64,000 nucleotides of DNA from Acidobacteriota bacterium (GTDB lineage Bacteria > Acidobacteriota > UBA6911 > RPQK01 > JAJDTT01), in assembly GCA_965263035.1 (NCBI GenBank), contig OZ253580.1, positions 768,001 through 832,000 of the forward strand, in the 5' to 3' direction. The notes beneath the pieces were generated by a model. The model worked only from the letters and a program-made list of their open reading frames with translations, made no database searches and was not told the origin of the DNA. Below are positions 38,015 through 48,002 of the stretch, one piece after another. Made by a program: the position numbers and the translations under genes. Position 1 is the stretch's first letter. Each line of letters begins with the position of its first letter.

Positions 38015-40030
38015 ATGAGGGTCGTGTACATCACGGCGGGAGCCGCGGGCATGTACTGCGGCGCCTGCATTCGGGACAACACCCTGGCCTCCGACCTCCT
38101 GGCCCGGGGACACGACGTCGAGTTGGTTCCCCTTTACACTCCAACCGTCACCGACGAACCCAACGTGAGTCTCGGCACCACGTTCTTCGGTGGAGTCAAC
38201 GTCTACCTGCAGCAGCGGTTTCCCCTCTTCCGATCCACTCCCTGGTTCCTGGACCGGATCCTGGACTCGTCCTGGCTGCTGAACTCGGCGGGGCGCTGGG
38301 GCACTCAGACCGATCCCGGCGAACTGGGGGAGATCACCGTTTCGGTTCTCCGGGGGGCATCGGGCTTCCAGCACAAGGAGTTGGAGAAGCTCGTCAGTTG
38401 GCTCCGAACTCGGCGCCGGCCGGATCTGGTACACCTGGGGAACAGTCTTCTCAGCGGTCTGGCCCCTGCCTTGAAGCAGGCACTGTCCTGCCCCGTCTGT
38501 TGCACCCTCCAGGGAGAGGACCTGTTCCTGGAAGCGCTGAAGGAACCCTACCGGTCTCAGGCCCGGGAGAGAATCCGCGCCAATGCCGAGTTCATCGATC
38601 AGTTCCACGCCGTGAGCCGTTACCACGGACGAGTGATGCAAGACTATCTGAGCATCCCCGGCTCCAAGGTCGGCGTGATTCCCTTGGGCATCCACGTCGA
38701 CGACTTTCCGCCCCGCAGCCCCGATCCCTCCCGCCCCTTCACCGTGGGATACCTGGCCCGGATCGCGCCCGAGAAGGGGTTGCACCTGCTCTGCGAAGCC
38801 TATCGCGGCGTGGCCCGCGAATTGGGTCCGGGAAAGACGCGCCTCCTGGTCGCGGGCGATCCGGCCACCGATCATTCCGGTTACCTGCGTGGGATCAGGA
38901 AGAGAATGCGCCGCTGGGGCCTGGAGGACTCCTTCCAGTACCGGGGCTGTCTGAGCCGTGCGGAAAAGATCGGCTTCCTCAAGGAACTGGACGTGCTTTC
39001 GGTGCCCACCTGCTACGACGAGCCCAAAGGACTCTACACGCTGGAGGCTCAGGCCTGCGGCGTTCCCGTGGTTCAGCCGCGGCGGGGCGTCTTCCCGGAG
39101 ATCATCGCCGCCACCGGCGGCGGTCTGCTGGTGGAACCGGACGACGCCGCTGCCCTGACCCGGGGGATTCTGGATCTTCACCGCGATCCGGAACGGGCCG
39201 CGGAGTTGGGCCGCCGCGGACGGGAAGGCGTGCGGGAGCATTACGACGCGAGAAAAATGGCAGACGCCACGCTGCAGTCCTATGAGCGCCTGGCCAGCCC
39301 GTCCGGATCCCCCCAAACTCCTTCCGAGAGCGCCGGCTCTCCCCGGAGACCGGGCGACCTGCAGGTCCGTGGCCTGAGCAAGGACTACGCCACACCCCGG
39401 GGCACGCTGCCGGTTCTCTCCGGCGTGTCGTTGTCCCTGTCCCGGGGAGACGCGGTGTCGATCGTCGGACCCTCCGGGAGCGGCAAGAGCACGCTGCTCC
39501 ATATTCTGGGAGCACTGGAGCCACCCACGGCCGGCACCGTCCGGCTGGAGGGACAGAATCCGTTCGAGCTGGAGCCCCGGGAGCTGGCGTATTTCAGGAA
39601 CCGGCAGGTGGGTTTCGTCTTCCAGGACCACTGCCTCCTTCCCCAATGCTCCGTCCTGGAGAACGTCTTGATTCCGACCCTGGTCGCCCGCTCCCGGTCA
39701 AACGGCGGGGACCAAGCGCGGAAGGCCCGCAGCCTGCTGGAACGGGTGGGTCTCGGCGATCGTCTCGAGCACCGGCCCTGGGAGCTTTCGGGCGGGGAGA
39801 AACAGCGTGCGGCCCTGGCTCGAGCCTTGATCCTGGATCCTCTTCTGCTGCTCTGCGACGAGCCCACCGGCAATCTGGACCGCCGGTCGGCCGAAGCCGT
39901 CAGCGAACTCTTGCTGGAGCTGCACCGGCGCCGGCGCACGATTCTCATGGTGGTCACCCACAATCTGGAGCTGGCGGCCAGGTTTCCCAGCCGCTATGAG
40001 CTCCGCGAATGCCGGCTCCACCCGCGATGA
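38015..40030 (+). CDS. GT4 glycosyltransferase fused to a LolD/MacB-type ABC ATP-binding domain
   Basis: GT part: AGAAGMYCGACIRDN, ARIAPEKG, EX7E motif EPKGLYTLE. S/P-rich linker. ABC part: GPSGSGKS, FVFQ, LSGGEKQR, LCDEPTGNLD, VTHN. Confidence 0.85.
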   Translation: MRVVYITAGAAGMYCGACIRDNTLASDLLARGHDVELVPLYTPTVTDEPNVSLGTTFFGGVNVYLQQRFPLFRSTPWFLDRILDSSWLLNSAGRWGTQTDPGELGEITVSVLRGASGFQHKELEKLVSWLRTRRRPDLVHLGNSLLSGLAPALKQALSCPVCCTLQGEDLFLEALKEPYRSQARERIRANAEFIDQFHAVSRYHGRVMQDYLSIPGSKVGVIPLGIHVDDFPPRSPDPSRPFTVGYLARIAPEKGLHLLCEAYRGVARELGPGKTRLLVAGDPATDHSGYLRGIRKRMRRWGLEDSFQYRGCLSRAEKIGFLKELDVLSVPTCYDEPKGLYTLEAQACGVPVVQPRRGVFPEIIAATGGGLLVEPDDAAALTRGILDLHRDPERAAELGRRGREGVREHYDARKMADATLQSYERLASPSGSPQTPSESAGSPRRPGDLQVRGLSKDYATPRGTLPVLSGVSLSLSRGDAVSIVGPSGSGKSTLLHILGALEPPTAGTVRLEGQNPFELEPRELAYFRNRQVGFVFQDHCLLPQCSVLENVLIPTLVARSRSNGGDQARKARSLLERVGLGDRLEHRPWELSGGEKQRAALARALILDPLLLLCDEPTGNLDRRSAEAVSELLLELHRRRRTILMVVTHNLELAARFPSRYELRECRLHPR

Positions 40031-43000
40031 GACTCCGCCGGATCGTCGCACGAAGCCTGGTCCACTACTGGCCCACCCAATTGGCCATCGTGGGCGGCGT
40101 GGCCGTGAGCGTCGCCGTTCTGGCCGGCGCCCTCCTGGTGGGAGATTCGGTCCGCTCCAGCCTCAGGGCGCTGGTGCTGGAGCGCCTGGGCAGCACCCAC
40201 ACAGTGATCACGGCCTCCATGCCCTTCCCCGAAGATCTGGCCCGGAGACTCCAGTCCCATCCCGGCTTCTCCCAGGCTTTCGGCGGCATCTGTCCCATCA
40301 TGGTGGGGGACGGGGCGGTGGCTCACGCCGAAACCCAGCGATTGGCGTCCCGGGTCCAGATCTACGGAGTGGACCCGCGCTTCTGGGCCTTCCACGGACG
40401 GACGGCCGAGCCCCTGGACCGCCGCAGCGCTCTGCTCAGTCCGGAATTGGCCCGGGAGCTGGATTGGAAGGAGGGCGACAGCCTGCTGGTGACTATGCAA
40501 CAGCAGGAGGCGACTCCGGCCGAAACTCTTCATGGCAGGAGGGACTCCTCGGGGGCCACTCTGCGGGTCCGGGGCAGCCGGGTTCTGCAGCCGGAGAACC
40601 TGGGAGAGTTCTCGATCCTGCAACAAGCCGCCGCGGTCCGGACCCTGTTTCTGCCCCTGGCCGAGATTCAGCGGGCCATGCAGCAGGAGGGGCGGGTCAA
40701 CGCGCTGCTCCTGTCCGCAAGCCCGAACCGGACTGAGGATGACGGGAACCGGCTTCGGGGCCTGCTCCGGGACACCTTGACTCCGAACGATGCCGGACTC
40801 CGGATCCGGGCCCTGGAACATTGTTCCTGTCTCTCCCTGGAGCATGACGGCGGCCTGCTGGACGAGCCCGTGGTGGCCGCGGCCCACCGGGCGGGCGCGG
40901 CCCTGGACCTGGAGTCCCAGTCCATCTTCAGCTACGTCGTCAATTCCATCGCCCACGGGGAGAAGAACGTCCCCTATTCGCTGGTCACGGGGCTGGAACC
41001 GGACCACTTGGCCCGCATCTCGGGGGAGGCGGCTGCCGATTCCGAAGGGGAGGAGTCTCCGGCGCCGCTCTGGATCAACGACTGGACCGCCCGGGACCTG
41101 GGGATCGGACCCGGGACGCCGGTGACGCTGGAATCCTATCTGTGGGATTACCGCCGGGGGCTCTCGACGCAAATGGCGGACTTCCGAGTAGCCGGGGTCA
41201 TTCCCCTCTCCGGTGCGGCCGCCGACCGGGACCTGGTTCCCGAGTTCGAGGGCATCAGCCAAACCGAGTCCATCTCCCACTGGGACCCGCCCTTTCCCGT
41301 CGACCTCTCCCGCATCCGGCATCAGGATGAAGACTACTGGGAACGCTACCGCACCACCCCCAAGGCCTTCCTCCCGCTTGCAGCCGCCCAGGAACTGTGG
41401 GGGTCCCGGTTCGGCGACCTGACCTCGCTGAGATTCGAAAAACCGGAGGATCTCACCCTGGAAGAGACTCTCGACCGCTATCGGGAGAGCCTGCTGGCGA
41501 ACCTCTCCCCCGAGGAGATGGGGTTCTCCCTGCACCGGGTGAGGGAAACCGGCGTCGAGGCCTCCCGCGGGAGCACCGACTTCGGCGAGTACTTCCTCTA
41601 CTTCAGCTTCTTCCTGGTCGTCTCCGCCCTGCTCCTCACGGTCCTGTTCTTCAAGCTGGGGCTGGAGCAGCGGCTGCGCCAAGTCGGCCTGTTCAAGGCC
41701 CTGGGGATTTCGGAGCCACTCATCCGGCGGATCTTCGCGGCCGAAGGTCTGGTTCTGGCCATCGCCGGGAGCCTGGTGGGCCTGGCGGGAGCCGCCGCCT
41801 ACGGCTGGCTGATGATGTGGGGCCTGCGAACCCGCTGGATCTCGGCGGTTGGAACCACGAGGCTGACCCTGCACGTGGAACCGGGGACCCTCCTTCTGGG
41901 GGCCGCCGCCGGGGTGACGGCCGCCTTCCTCTGCATCCTGTTGACCCTTCGAAGACTCGGCAAGGCATCGCCTCGACTCCTGCTGGCAGGCGAGCAGGAG
42001 CCGCTGGCCCCCGGCTCCGGCCGCCGGTCCCTGCTGGCGGCGCTGGCGCTGGGAGCGGCCGGACTGATCTTCCTGCTGGCGGCGATCCTGGGCTGGATCG
42101 GCCAGACGGCCGGATTCTTCGGTTCCGGAGCCCTGCTGCTCGTCTCCCTGCTGGCGTTCCAGTGGTGGCTCCTCACCTCGGGCCGGGCGCTGCGATTCCA
42201 CGGGCGGGGGATCGCGGCCCTGTGCCGAATCGGACTCCGGAACATGAGCTACCGGCCGGGTCGATCCCTCCTCTCCATCGGCCTCATCTCCCTGGCCACA
42301 TTCATCATCGTGACGGTGGGAGTCTTTCGCCGTGAGGGAACCCCTTCCCTGGCGCCCGGGTCAGGGACCGGCGGGTTCTCCCTGACGGCCGAGTCTTCGA
42401 TTCCCTTCTTCCAGGATCCCGACGACCCGGAAAGCGCACCGGACCTGAACCTGGACCGGCTGCCCTCCCCTGAAAAGCTCCGATTCTGGTCGTTCCGGCT
42501 CCGACCCGGGGACGACGCCAGCTGCCGCAACCTCTATCGTCCGGCCAACCCGAGAATCCTGGGCGCCCCGTCCGCTTTCCTCGACCTGGGGCGCTTCAAA
42601 TTCAGTTCCTCGCTGGCTTCCGAAGAACAGGGCAACCCGTGGCGCCTGCTGGAGGCGGACTCCCAAGACTCGGCGATTCCCGCCATCGCCGACGCCACCT
42701 CCATGGCCTATGCGCTGCACACGGGCCTGGGGGAGGAGATCATCCTGGAGCGGGCAGAAGGAGAGCCGGTCCGGTTGAAACTGGTGGGAGCCCTGTCCGA
42801 CAGCGTGCTGCAAGGCGAGATCGTGATCTCCGAGCGGAATTTCCTGAAGCTGTTCCCGAAACAGCAGGGTTACCGCTACTTCCTGATCGAGACCCCCGAC
42901 CGGGAGGACGGAAACTGGGTTCAAAGCCTGGAACGGAGTCTCTCCGACTACGGGTTCGACGCCACTTCCACCGCAGACCGGCTGGCCAGCTTCCACCGGG

Positions 43001-43389
43001 TCGAGAACACGTACCTGTCCACCTTCCAGAGCCTGGGCGCATTGGGCCTGCTGCTGGGAACGCTGGGAACCGCGGTGATTCTGCTCCGCAACGTGCTGGA
43101 GCGCCGGAGAGAACTGGCGTTGATGCGGGCCGTCGGCTACGGGCCGGGCCACCTGGGGACCATGGTGCTGGCGGAGAACCTGCTACTGGTGGGACTCGCC
43201 CTGGTGACGGGGGTCTCGTCGGCCCTGGTCGCCGTGGCCCCGGTTCTCCTCGCCCGGGACCTCGGCCCCTCCCTGGCGCCCACCGGCGCCCTCGCCGCTC
43301 TGGTTCTTCTGGTGGGCCTGCTGGCGTCGCTGGCCGCCGTCGCCGCCGCCGTACGCACTCCCGTCATCGATTCGCTGCGTTCCGAATAG
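40027..43389 (+). CDS. Large ABC transporter permease (duplicated FtsX/MacB-like, large extracytoplasmic domains)
   Basis: ATGA-coupled to the upstream gene; VLAGALLVGDSVRSSL, EQRLRQVGLFKALG, RNVLERRRELALMRAVGY, ends LRSE. Confidence 0.88.
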   Translation: MRLRRIVARSLVHYWPTQLAIVGGVAVSVAVLAGALLVGDSVRSSLRALVLERLGSTHTVITASMPFPEDLARRLQSHPGFSQAFGGICPIMVGDGAVAHAETQRLASRVQIYGVDPRFWAFHGRTAEPLDRRSALLSPELARELDWKEGDSLLVTMQQQEATPAETLHGRRDSSGATLRVRGSRVLQPENLGEFSILQQAAAVRTLFLPLAEIQRAMQQEGRVNALLLSASPNRTEDDGNRLRGLLRDTLTPNDAGLRIRALEHCSCLSLEHDGGLLDEPVVAAAHRAGAALDLESQSIFSYVVNSIAHGEKNVPYSLVTGLEPDHLARISGEAAADSEGEESPAPLWINDWTARDLGIGPGTPVTLESYLWDYRRGLSTQMADFRVAGVIPLSGAAADRDLVPEFEGISQTESISHWDPPFPVDLSRIRHQDEDYWERYRTTPKAFLPLAAAQELWGSRFGDLTSLRFEKPEDLTLEETLDRYRESLLANLSPEEMGFSLHRVRETGVEASRGSTDFGEYFLYFSFFLVVSALLLTVLFFKLGLEQRLRQVGLFKALGISEPLIRRIFAAEGLVLAIAGSLVGLAGAAAYGWLMMWGLRTRWISAVGTTRLTLHVEPGTLLLGAAAGVTAAFLCILLTLRRLGKASPRLLLAGEQEPLAPGSGRRSLLAALALGAAGLIFLLAAILGWIGQTAGFFGSGALLLVSLLAFQWWLLTSGRALRFHGRGIAALCRIGLRNMSYRPGRSLLSIGLISLATFIIVTVGVFRREGTPSLAPGSGTGGFSLTAESSIPFFQDPDDPESAPDLNLDRLPSPEKLRFWSFRLRPGDDASCRNLYRPANPRILGAPSAFLDLGRFKFSSSLASEEQGNPWRLLEADSQDSAIPAIADATSMAYALHTGLGEEIILERAEGEPVRLKLVGALSDSVLQGEIVISERNFLKLFPKQQGYRYFLIETPDREDGNWVQSLERSLSDYGFDATSTADRLASFHRVENTYLSTFQSLGALGLLLGTLGTAVILLRNVLERRRELALMRAVGYGPGHLGTMVLAENLLLVGLALVTGVSSALVAVAPVLLARDLGPSLAPTGALAALVLLVGLLASLAAVAAAVRTPVIDSLRSE

Positions 43390-43406
43390 ACCGCTGCCAT
43401 TTCATT

Positions 43407-43492
43407 CGTAGAGGCGACCTTTGTGGTCGCCATGCTCTCGCCGGCCATTGAGGTTGGGACGGAAGAGGGCACCCACAAGGGGCGCCCCAACG
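43407..43492. repeat. GTAG-family REP doublet (REPIN-like)
   Basis: cGTAGAGGCGACCTTTGTGGTCGCC (43407-43431) and inverted GGGCACCCACAAGGGGCGCCCCAACg (43467-43492). Confidence 0.75.
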
Positions 43493-43610
43493 TGTTTTTG
43501 CCGGTGAGAGAGAAAGGCCCCCCGGCGTCGAGAGGGGCATCGGCATTCCGTTTGATAGAATGACCGGGCGTGGCGGCCGGCGATCCGGACACCGCCGCGG
43601 CCGGGTTCCA

Positions 43611-44921
43611 ATGATGCAGTCCGTTAAGGAGACAGTCGCCAGCAACTACTTCATCGCCAACTATCCTCCCTTCTCCTTCTGGAAGCCGGAGGGCGTCAAG
43701 GATGCCTTGGCGGCCCTGGAGCGCCCCCGCGACCCGGAGACGCCGCTGGGCCTCTACCTTCACATCCCGTTCTGCCGCAAGCGCTGCCATTTCTGTTATT
43801 TCAAGGTCTACACGGGCAAGGGCTCGCGGGAGATCCTGGGCTATCTGGACGCGCTGGTCCGGGAGCTGGGCATCTACGCCCGCCGGCCCTTCGTCAACGG
43901 CCGGCAACTGGACTTCATCTACTTCGGAGGCGGAACCCCGTCCTACCTCTCGACCCGTCAGCTCTCAGGCCTGGTCGGGGAGTTGAAGCAGCACTTTTCC
44001 TGGGACCATGCCCGGGAGATCACCTTCGAATGCGAGCCCGGCACGCTGACCCCGGGAAAACTGCAGCTTCTGCGCGAACTCGGCGTCACCCGGCTCAGCC
44101 TGGGAGTGGAGAACTTCGACGACCACGTCCTGGAGATCAACGGCCGGGCTCACCGCTCCGGCGAAATCTGGGACGTCTACGAACGGGCGAGCCGTCTCGA
44201 CTTCCCCCAGGTCAACATCGATCTCATCGCCGGGATGGTGGACGAGACGGAAGAGAACTGGCTCCGATGCGTGGAGAACACCCTCCAACTCCAACCCGAC
44301 AGCGTCACCGTCTACCAGATGGAGATCCCCTTCAACACCACCATCTACCGTCGAATGCGGGATCAGGGCCGGACGCGGGCTCCCGTGGCCGACTGGCCCA
44401 CCAAGCGCCGGTGGGTGGACCTGGCTTTCCAGGAACTGGAGCGGAACGGCTACCAGGTGGCCAGCGCCTATACGGCCGTCCGATCGCCGGAACGGAGCCG
44501 ATTCCTCTACCGGGACCAGCTCTGGTCGGGGGCCGACATGGTGGCTCTGGGAGTGGCCTCCTTCTCCCACGTGGGAGGGACCCATTTCCAGAACGAGCAC
44601 GACATGGGGCCCTACCTGCAACGACTCGGCCAGGGAGAGCTCCCCCTCCACCGCGCCCTGACACCGACCGGAGACGAGTGCCTGATTCGAGAGCTGATCC
44701 TGCAGTTGAAGCTGGGCCGGGTCCGAACCGGATACTTCCGGAACAAATTCCAAGTGGACATTCTCGAGAGGTTCGAGGGTCCCATCGGCGAACTGGTCGG
44801 GCAGGGTTATATGAGCGCCTCCCCCGAGGGATTGGAACTCAGCCGGGAGGGCCTCCTGCAGGTGGATCGGCTGCTGCCCCTCTTCTTCCTCCGGGAGCAT
44901 CAGGATTCGCGATACACGTAA
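43611..44921 (+). CDS. HemN-like (class C-type) radical SAM enzyme, function unknown
   Basis: LYLHIPFCRKRCHFC (CxxxCxxC), IYFGGGTPS, RLSLGVE, NIDLIAG, LGVASFS, HemN-like C-terminal domain. Confidence 0.85.
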   Translation: MMQSVKETVASNYFIANYPPFSFWKPEGVKDALAALERPRDPETPLGLYLHIPFCRKRCHFCYFKVYTGKGSREILGYLDALVRELGIYARRPFVNGRQLDFIYFGGGTPSYLSTRQLSGLVGELKQHFSWDHAREITFECEPGTLTPGKLQLLRELGVTRLSLGVENFDDHVLEINGRAHRSGEIWDVYERASRLDFPQVNIDLIAGMVDETEENWLRCVENTLQLQPDSVTVYQMEIPFNTTIYRRMRDQGRTRAPVADWPTKRRWVDLAFQELERNGYQVASAYTAVRSPERSRFLYRDQLWSGADMVALGVASFSHVGGTHFQNEHDMGPYLQRLGQGELPLHRALTPTGDECLIRELILQLKLGRVRTGYFRNKFQVDILERFEGPIGELVGQGYMSASPEGLELSREGLLQVDRLLPLFFLREHQDSRYT

Positions 44922-46235
44922 ATGACGGAGACGGTCCGAGAGTACGACGTGGTTGTGGCCGGGGGTGGACCCGCCGGAGCCACCACCGCCGCCTTGCTGG
45001 CCCAGGCCGGTTGGAAGGTGCTGGTCCTGGAGAAGGAGCGGTTTCCCCGCTACTCGGTGGGGGAATCCTTGATGCCCTATTGCTACTTCACCCTGGAGAG
45101 GCTGGGACTCATCGAGCAGCTCAAGGCGTCCGCCTTTCCCCGTAAATACAGCGTTCAATTCGTCTCCACCGGGGGAAACGTTTCCCAGCCGTTCTACTTT
45201 TTTCAGCACCTGGACCATGAAGCGGCCACCACCTGGCAGGTCCTGCGCAGCGAGTTCGATCAGCTCCTGCTGGACAACGCCAGGGCCGAAGGGGCCACGG
45301 TCCGGGAAGAGGTTTCGGTCACCCGTCTGATCCGGGAAGCGGGTCCGGTGACGGGCGTGGAGGCCGTCACCCGGGCCGGAGAGAGGTTGCGGGTCCGGGC
45401 GCCCATGACCGTCGACGCCACGGGCCGGTCCGCCGTGTCCGCCGCCTCCAATCGCTGGAGGATTCGGGACCGGGCCCTGAACCGGGCGGCGCTCTGGACC
45501 TACTATCGTGGAGCCCTCCGGGACCCGGGCCTGGACGAAGGCGCCACCACCATCGCCTATCTCCCCGAAAAGGGGTGGTTCTGGTACATCCCGCTCCCGG
45601 AAGACCGGGTCAGCGTCGGCGTGGTGGCCCACAAGAGCTACCTCTTCCGTGAGTCCCGGGACCTCCAGGTGGTGTTCGACCGGGAGACCCGGTGCAATCC
45701 CTGGATCCGGGAGCACGTGGCGCCGGGACGCCAGGAGGGTGCGGTGAGGTTGACGGGGGACTACTCGTACCGGTCACGCCACTGCGCCGCCGCGGGCCTG
45801 GTGCTGGTGGGAGACGCCTTCGCCTTCCTGGACCCCATCTTCTCGTCCGGCGTGTTCCTGGCACTGAAGAGCGGAGAGATGGCGGCCGACGCCATCGACG
45901 CAGCTCTCAAGGCGGGGGATGTCGGGGCGGACCGTTTCACCCGGTATGGACGCGACCTGACCCGGGGCATCGAGGCCATGCGGCGCCTGGTCTACGCCTT
46001 CTACGATCAGGAGTTCAGCTTCAGGCGCCTCCTGAACCGCCATGCGGACCTGAGAGGCGACCTCACCGACTGCCTCATCGGTCACCTCTTTCGGGATTTT
46101 TCCGATCTCTTCGGCGCCATCGAGGAGCTGGTGGAGCTGCCGCCGCCCCTCAAACATGGTCATCCGCTGGCCGGGGAGGGCTTTCGTCCGCCCACCCGCC
46201 GGGCCGCAACCGCAACCGAATCAGCGATCGGGTAG
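44922..46235 (+). CDS. FAD-dependent oxidoreductase, flavin-dependent halogenase-like
   Basis: GGGPAG, RYSVGESLMP, FPRK, VDATGR, WFWYIP (WxWxIP), GDAFAFLDPIFSSGV. Confidence 0.82.
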   Translation: MTETVREYDVVVAGGGPAGATTAALLAQAGWKVLVLEKERFPRYSVGESLMPYCYFTLERLGLIEQLKASAFPRKYSVQFVSTGGNVSQPFYFFQHLDHEAATTWQVLRSEFDQLLLDNARAEGATVREEVSVTRLIREAGPVTGVEAVTRAGERLRVRAPMTVDATGRSAVSAASNRWRIRDRALNRAALWTYYRGALRDPGLDEGATTIAYLPEKGWFWYIPLPEDRVSVGVVAHKSYLFRESRDLQVVFDRETRCNPWIREHVAPGRQEGAVRLTGDYSYRSRHCAAAGLVLVGDAFAFLDPIFSSGVFLALKSGEMAADAIDAALKAGDVGADRFTRYGRDLTRGIEAMRRLVYAFYDQEFSFRRLLNRHADLRGDLTDCLIGHLFRDFSDLFGAIEELVELPPPLKHGHPLAGEGFRPPTRRAATATESAIG

Positions 46236-46244
46236 TCGAGCCCA

Positions 46245-46697
46245 GTGGCATACGAATTCAAGGTCGATCGCCGGATTCAGTTCGCGGACACGGACATGGC
46301 CGGCATCGTCCACTTCGCCAACTTCTTCCGCTTCATGGAGGAGACGGAGCACGAGTTCTACCGCTCGCTGGGATTCGCGGGGCACTTCAGCGGGCCCCGG
46401 GGAACCCTGGGCTGGCCCCGGCTCAGCGCTCGCTGCGACTACAGGAAACCCCTCCGGTTCGAGGACGTGGTGCAGATCCACCTCCTGGTGCGGGCCAAGG
46501 AGGAAAAATCCCTGCTCCTGGATTTCACCTTTCGGAAACAGTCGCAGGACGGTCTCCAGGTAGTGGCGGCCGGCGCTCTCAAGGTCGTCTGCGTCCGAGT
46601 CTCCAAGGAGACGGGCCGGATGTCATCCATCCCCATTCCCCCGGAGATCTCTTCCCGGATCGAAGCCGCTCCCTCCCACCTCTTGGCGAGACGCTAA
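46245..46697 (+). CDS. Acyl-CoA thioesterase (4-HBT/YbgC hot-dog family)
   Basis: RIQFADTDMAGIVHFANFFRFME, CDYRKPLRFED. Confidence 0.88.
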   Translation: MAYEFKVDRRIQFADTDMAGIVHFANFFRFMEETEHEFYRSLGFAGHFSGPRGTLGWPRLSARCDYRKPLRFEDVVQIHLLVRAKEEKSLLLDFTFRKQSQDGLQVVAAGALKVVCVRVSKETGRMSSIPIPPEISSRIEAAPSHLLARR

Positions 46698-46701
46698 TTC
46701 C

Positions 46702-47967
46702 ATGAATGCACCCGGCCCGGAAGAAATCCGGAAGCGGCAGCAGGTCAAACTGCAGCATCTGCTGGAAACGGTCCTGGCCTCGAACCCGTTCTACCGGGAG
46801 AAACTGGATCCCAAGCAGCTGACGCTGAGGCCGCTGAGCCTCGGGGAGTTTCGCCGCCACGTTCCGTTCACCGAGAAACGGGAACTGCTGGAAGACCAGA
46901 TCCGGAATCCTCCCTTCGGCCGCAACCTGAGCTTCCCGCTGCATCGCTACACGCGATTCAACCAGACCAGCGGCAGCCGGGGCGAGCCATTGCGCTGGCT
47001 GGACACCGCCGAGACCTGGGGAAAGATGCTGGAGTGCTGGAAGACCGTCTACCGGATGTCGGGGGTGAGACCCGGGGACCGGATCTTCTTCGCCTTCTCG
47101 TTCGGGCCCTTCCTGGGCTTCTGGACCGCCTTCGACTCGGCGCAGTCCCTGGGAGCCCTGTGCCTGCCGGGCGGCGGCCAGAGCAGCCTGGGGCGCCTTC
47201 GAGCCATCCTGGACAACCGCGTGGACGTCCTCTGCGCCACACCGACTTACGCCCTGCACCTGGCCGAGGTCGCGGCGGAAAACGGCCTCTCTCTGGAACG
47301 GTCCGCGGTCCGAATCCTCCTGACCGCCGGAGAGCCGGGGGGCTGCATCGAGGCCACCCGCTCCCGGCTGGAAGCGGCCTGGGGCGCCCGTCTATGCGAC
47401 CATCACGGCATGACCGAAGTGGGACCCGTCAGCTATGAGTGCCCTTCCCAACGGGGCGTCCTGCACGTCCTGGAAGATGCCTACCTGACCGAGGTGGTGG
47501 ATCCGGCTACGTCCCGTCCCGTGGCGCCGGGGGAGACGGGAGAGTTGATCCTGACCACGCTGGACCGGGCCGGGTCACCGGTCCTGCGCTATCGAACCGG
47601 GGACCTGGTGAAGCCGTCCCCGGGGACCCCCTGTGCCTGCGGCCGCTTCGAGCTGGCGCTGGAAGGAGGCATTCTGGGGAGGGTCGACGACATGGTGGTG
47701 ATCCGGGGGGTGAACCTCTTCCCGGCCGCGGTGGAGGAGGTGATCCGAAGACGGCCGGAAATCTCCGAGTACCGGGTCGAGGTCCACGACTCGGGCGTGC
47801 TCAGGGAAATGAAGATCCAGATCGAGTCGAGCCGGGGCGAAGGGGGGGCGCGTCAACTGGAGCAGGAGCTTCACGCCGCCTTCTCGCTGAGAATTCCCGT
47901 CTCTCCGGTGCCGCCGGGGACATTGCCGCGATTCGAGATGAAGTCCCGGCGCTGGATCGTGAAGTGA
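46702..47967 (+). CDS. Phenylacetate-CoA ligase-like adenylate-forming enzyme
   Basis: PFTEK, QTSGSRGEP, ATPTYAL, AGEPG, HGMTEVGP, GELILTTL, RYRTGD, GRVDDMVVIRGVNLFP. Confidence 0.88.
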   Translation: MNAPGPEEIRKRQQVKLQHLLETVLASNPFYREKLDPKQLTLRPLSLGEFRRHVPFTEKRELLEDQIRNPPFGRNLSFPLHRYTRFNQTSGSRGEPLRWLDTAETWGKMLECWKTVYRMSGVRPGDRIFFAFSFGPFLGFWTAFDSAQSLGALCLPGGGQSSLGRLRAILDNRVDVLCATPTYALHLAEVAAENGLSLERSAVRILLTAGEPGGCIEATRSRLEAAWGARLCDHHGMTEVGPVSYECPSQRGVLHVLEDAYLTEVVDPATSRPVAPGETGELILTTLDRAGSPVLRYRTGDLVKPSPGTPCACGRFELALEGGILGRVDDMVVIRGVNLFPAAVEEVIRRRPEISEYRVEVHDSGVLREMKIQIESSRGEGGARQLEQELHAAFSLRIPVSPVPPGTLPRFEMKSRRWIVK

Positions 47968-47983
47968 GGGACCCGGGATCGCC

Positions 47984-48000
47984 CCCGGCCTCGGGCCGGG
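47984..48000. terminator. GC hairpin between convergent genes (possible terminator)
   Basis: CCCGGCC-TCG-GGCCGGG; no strong U-tract. Confidence 0.3.
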
Positions 48001-48002
48001 AA

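Noticed and set aside
43611-44921. Assigning hemN or hemW
   Set aside because: Diagnostic N-terminal and post-cluster residues differ, and there are no heme-pathway neighbours.
46702-47967. paaK of phenylacetate catabolism
   Set aside because: No other paa genes are in the window; only a family-level call is supported.
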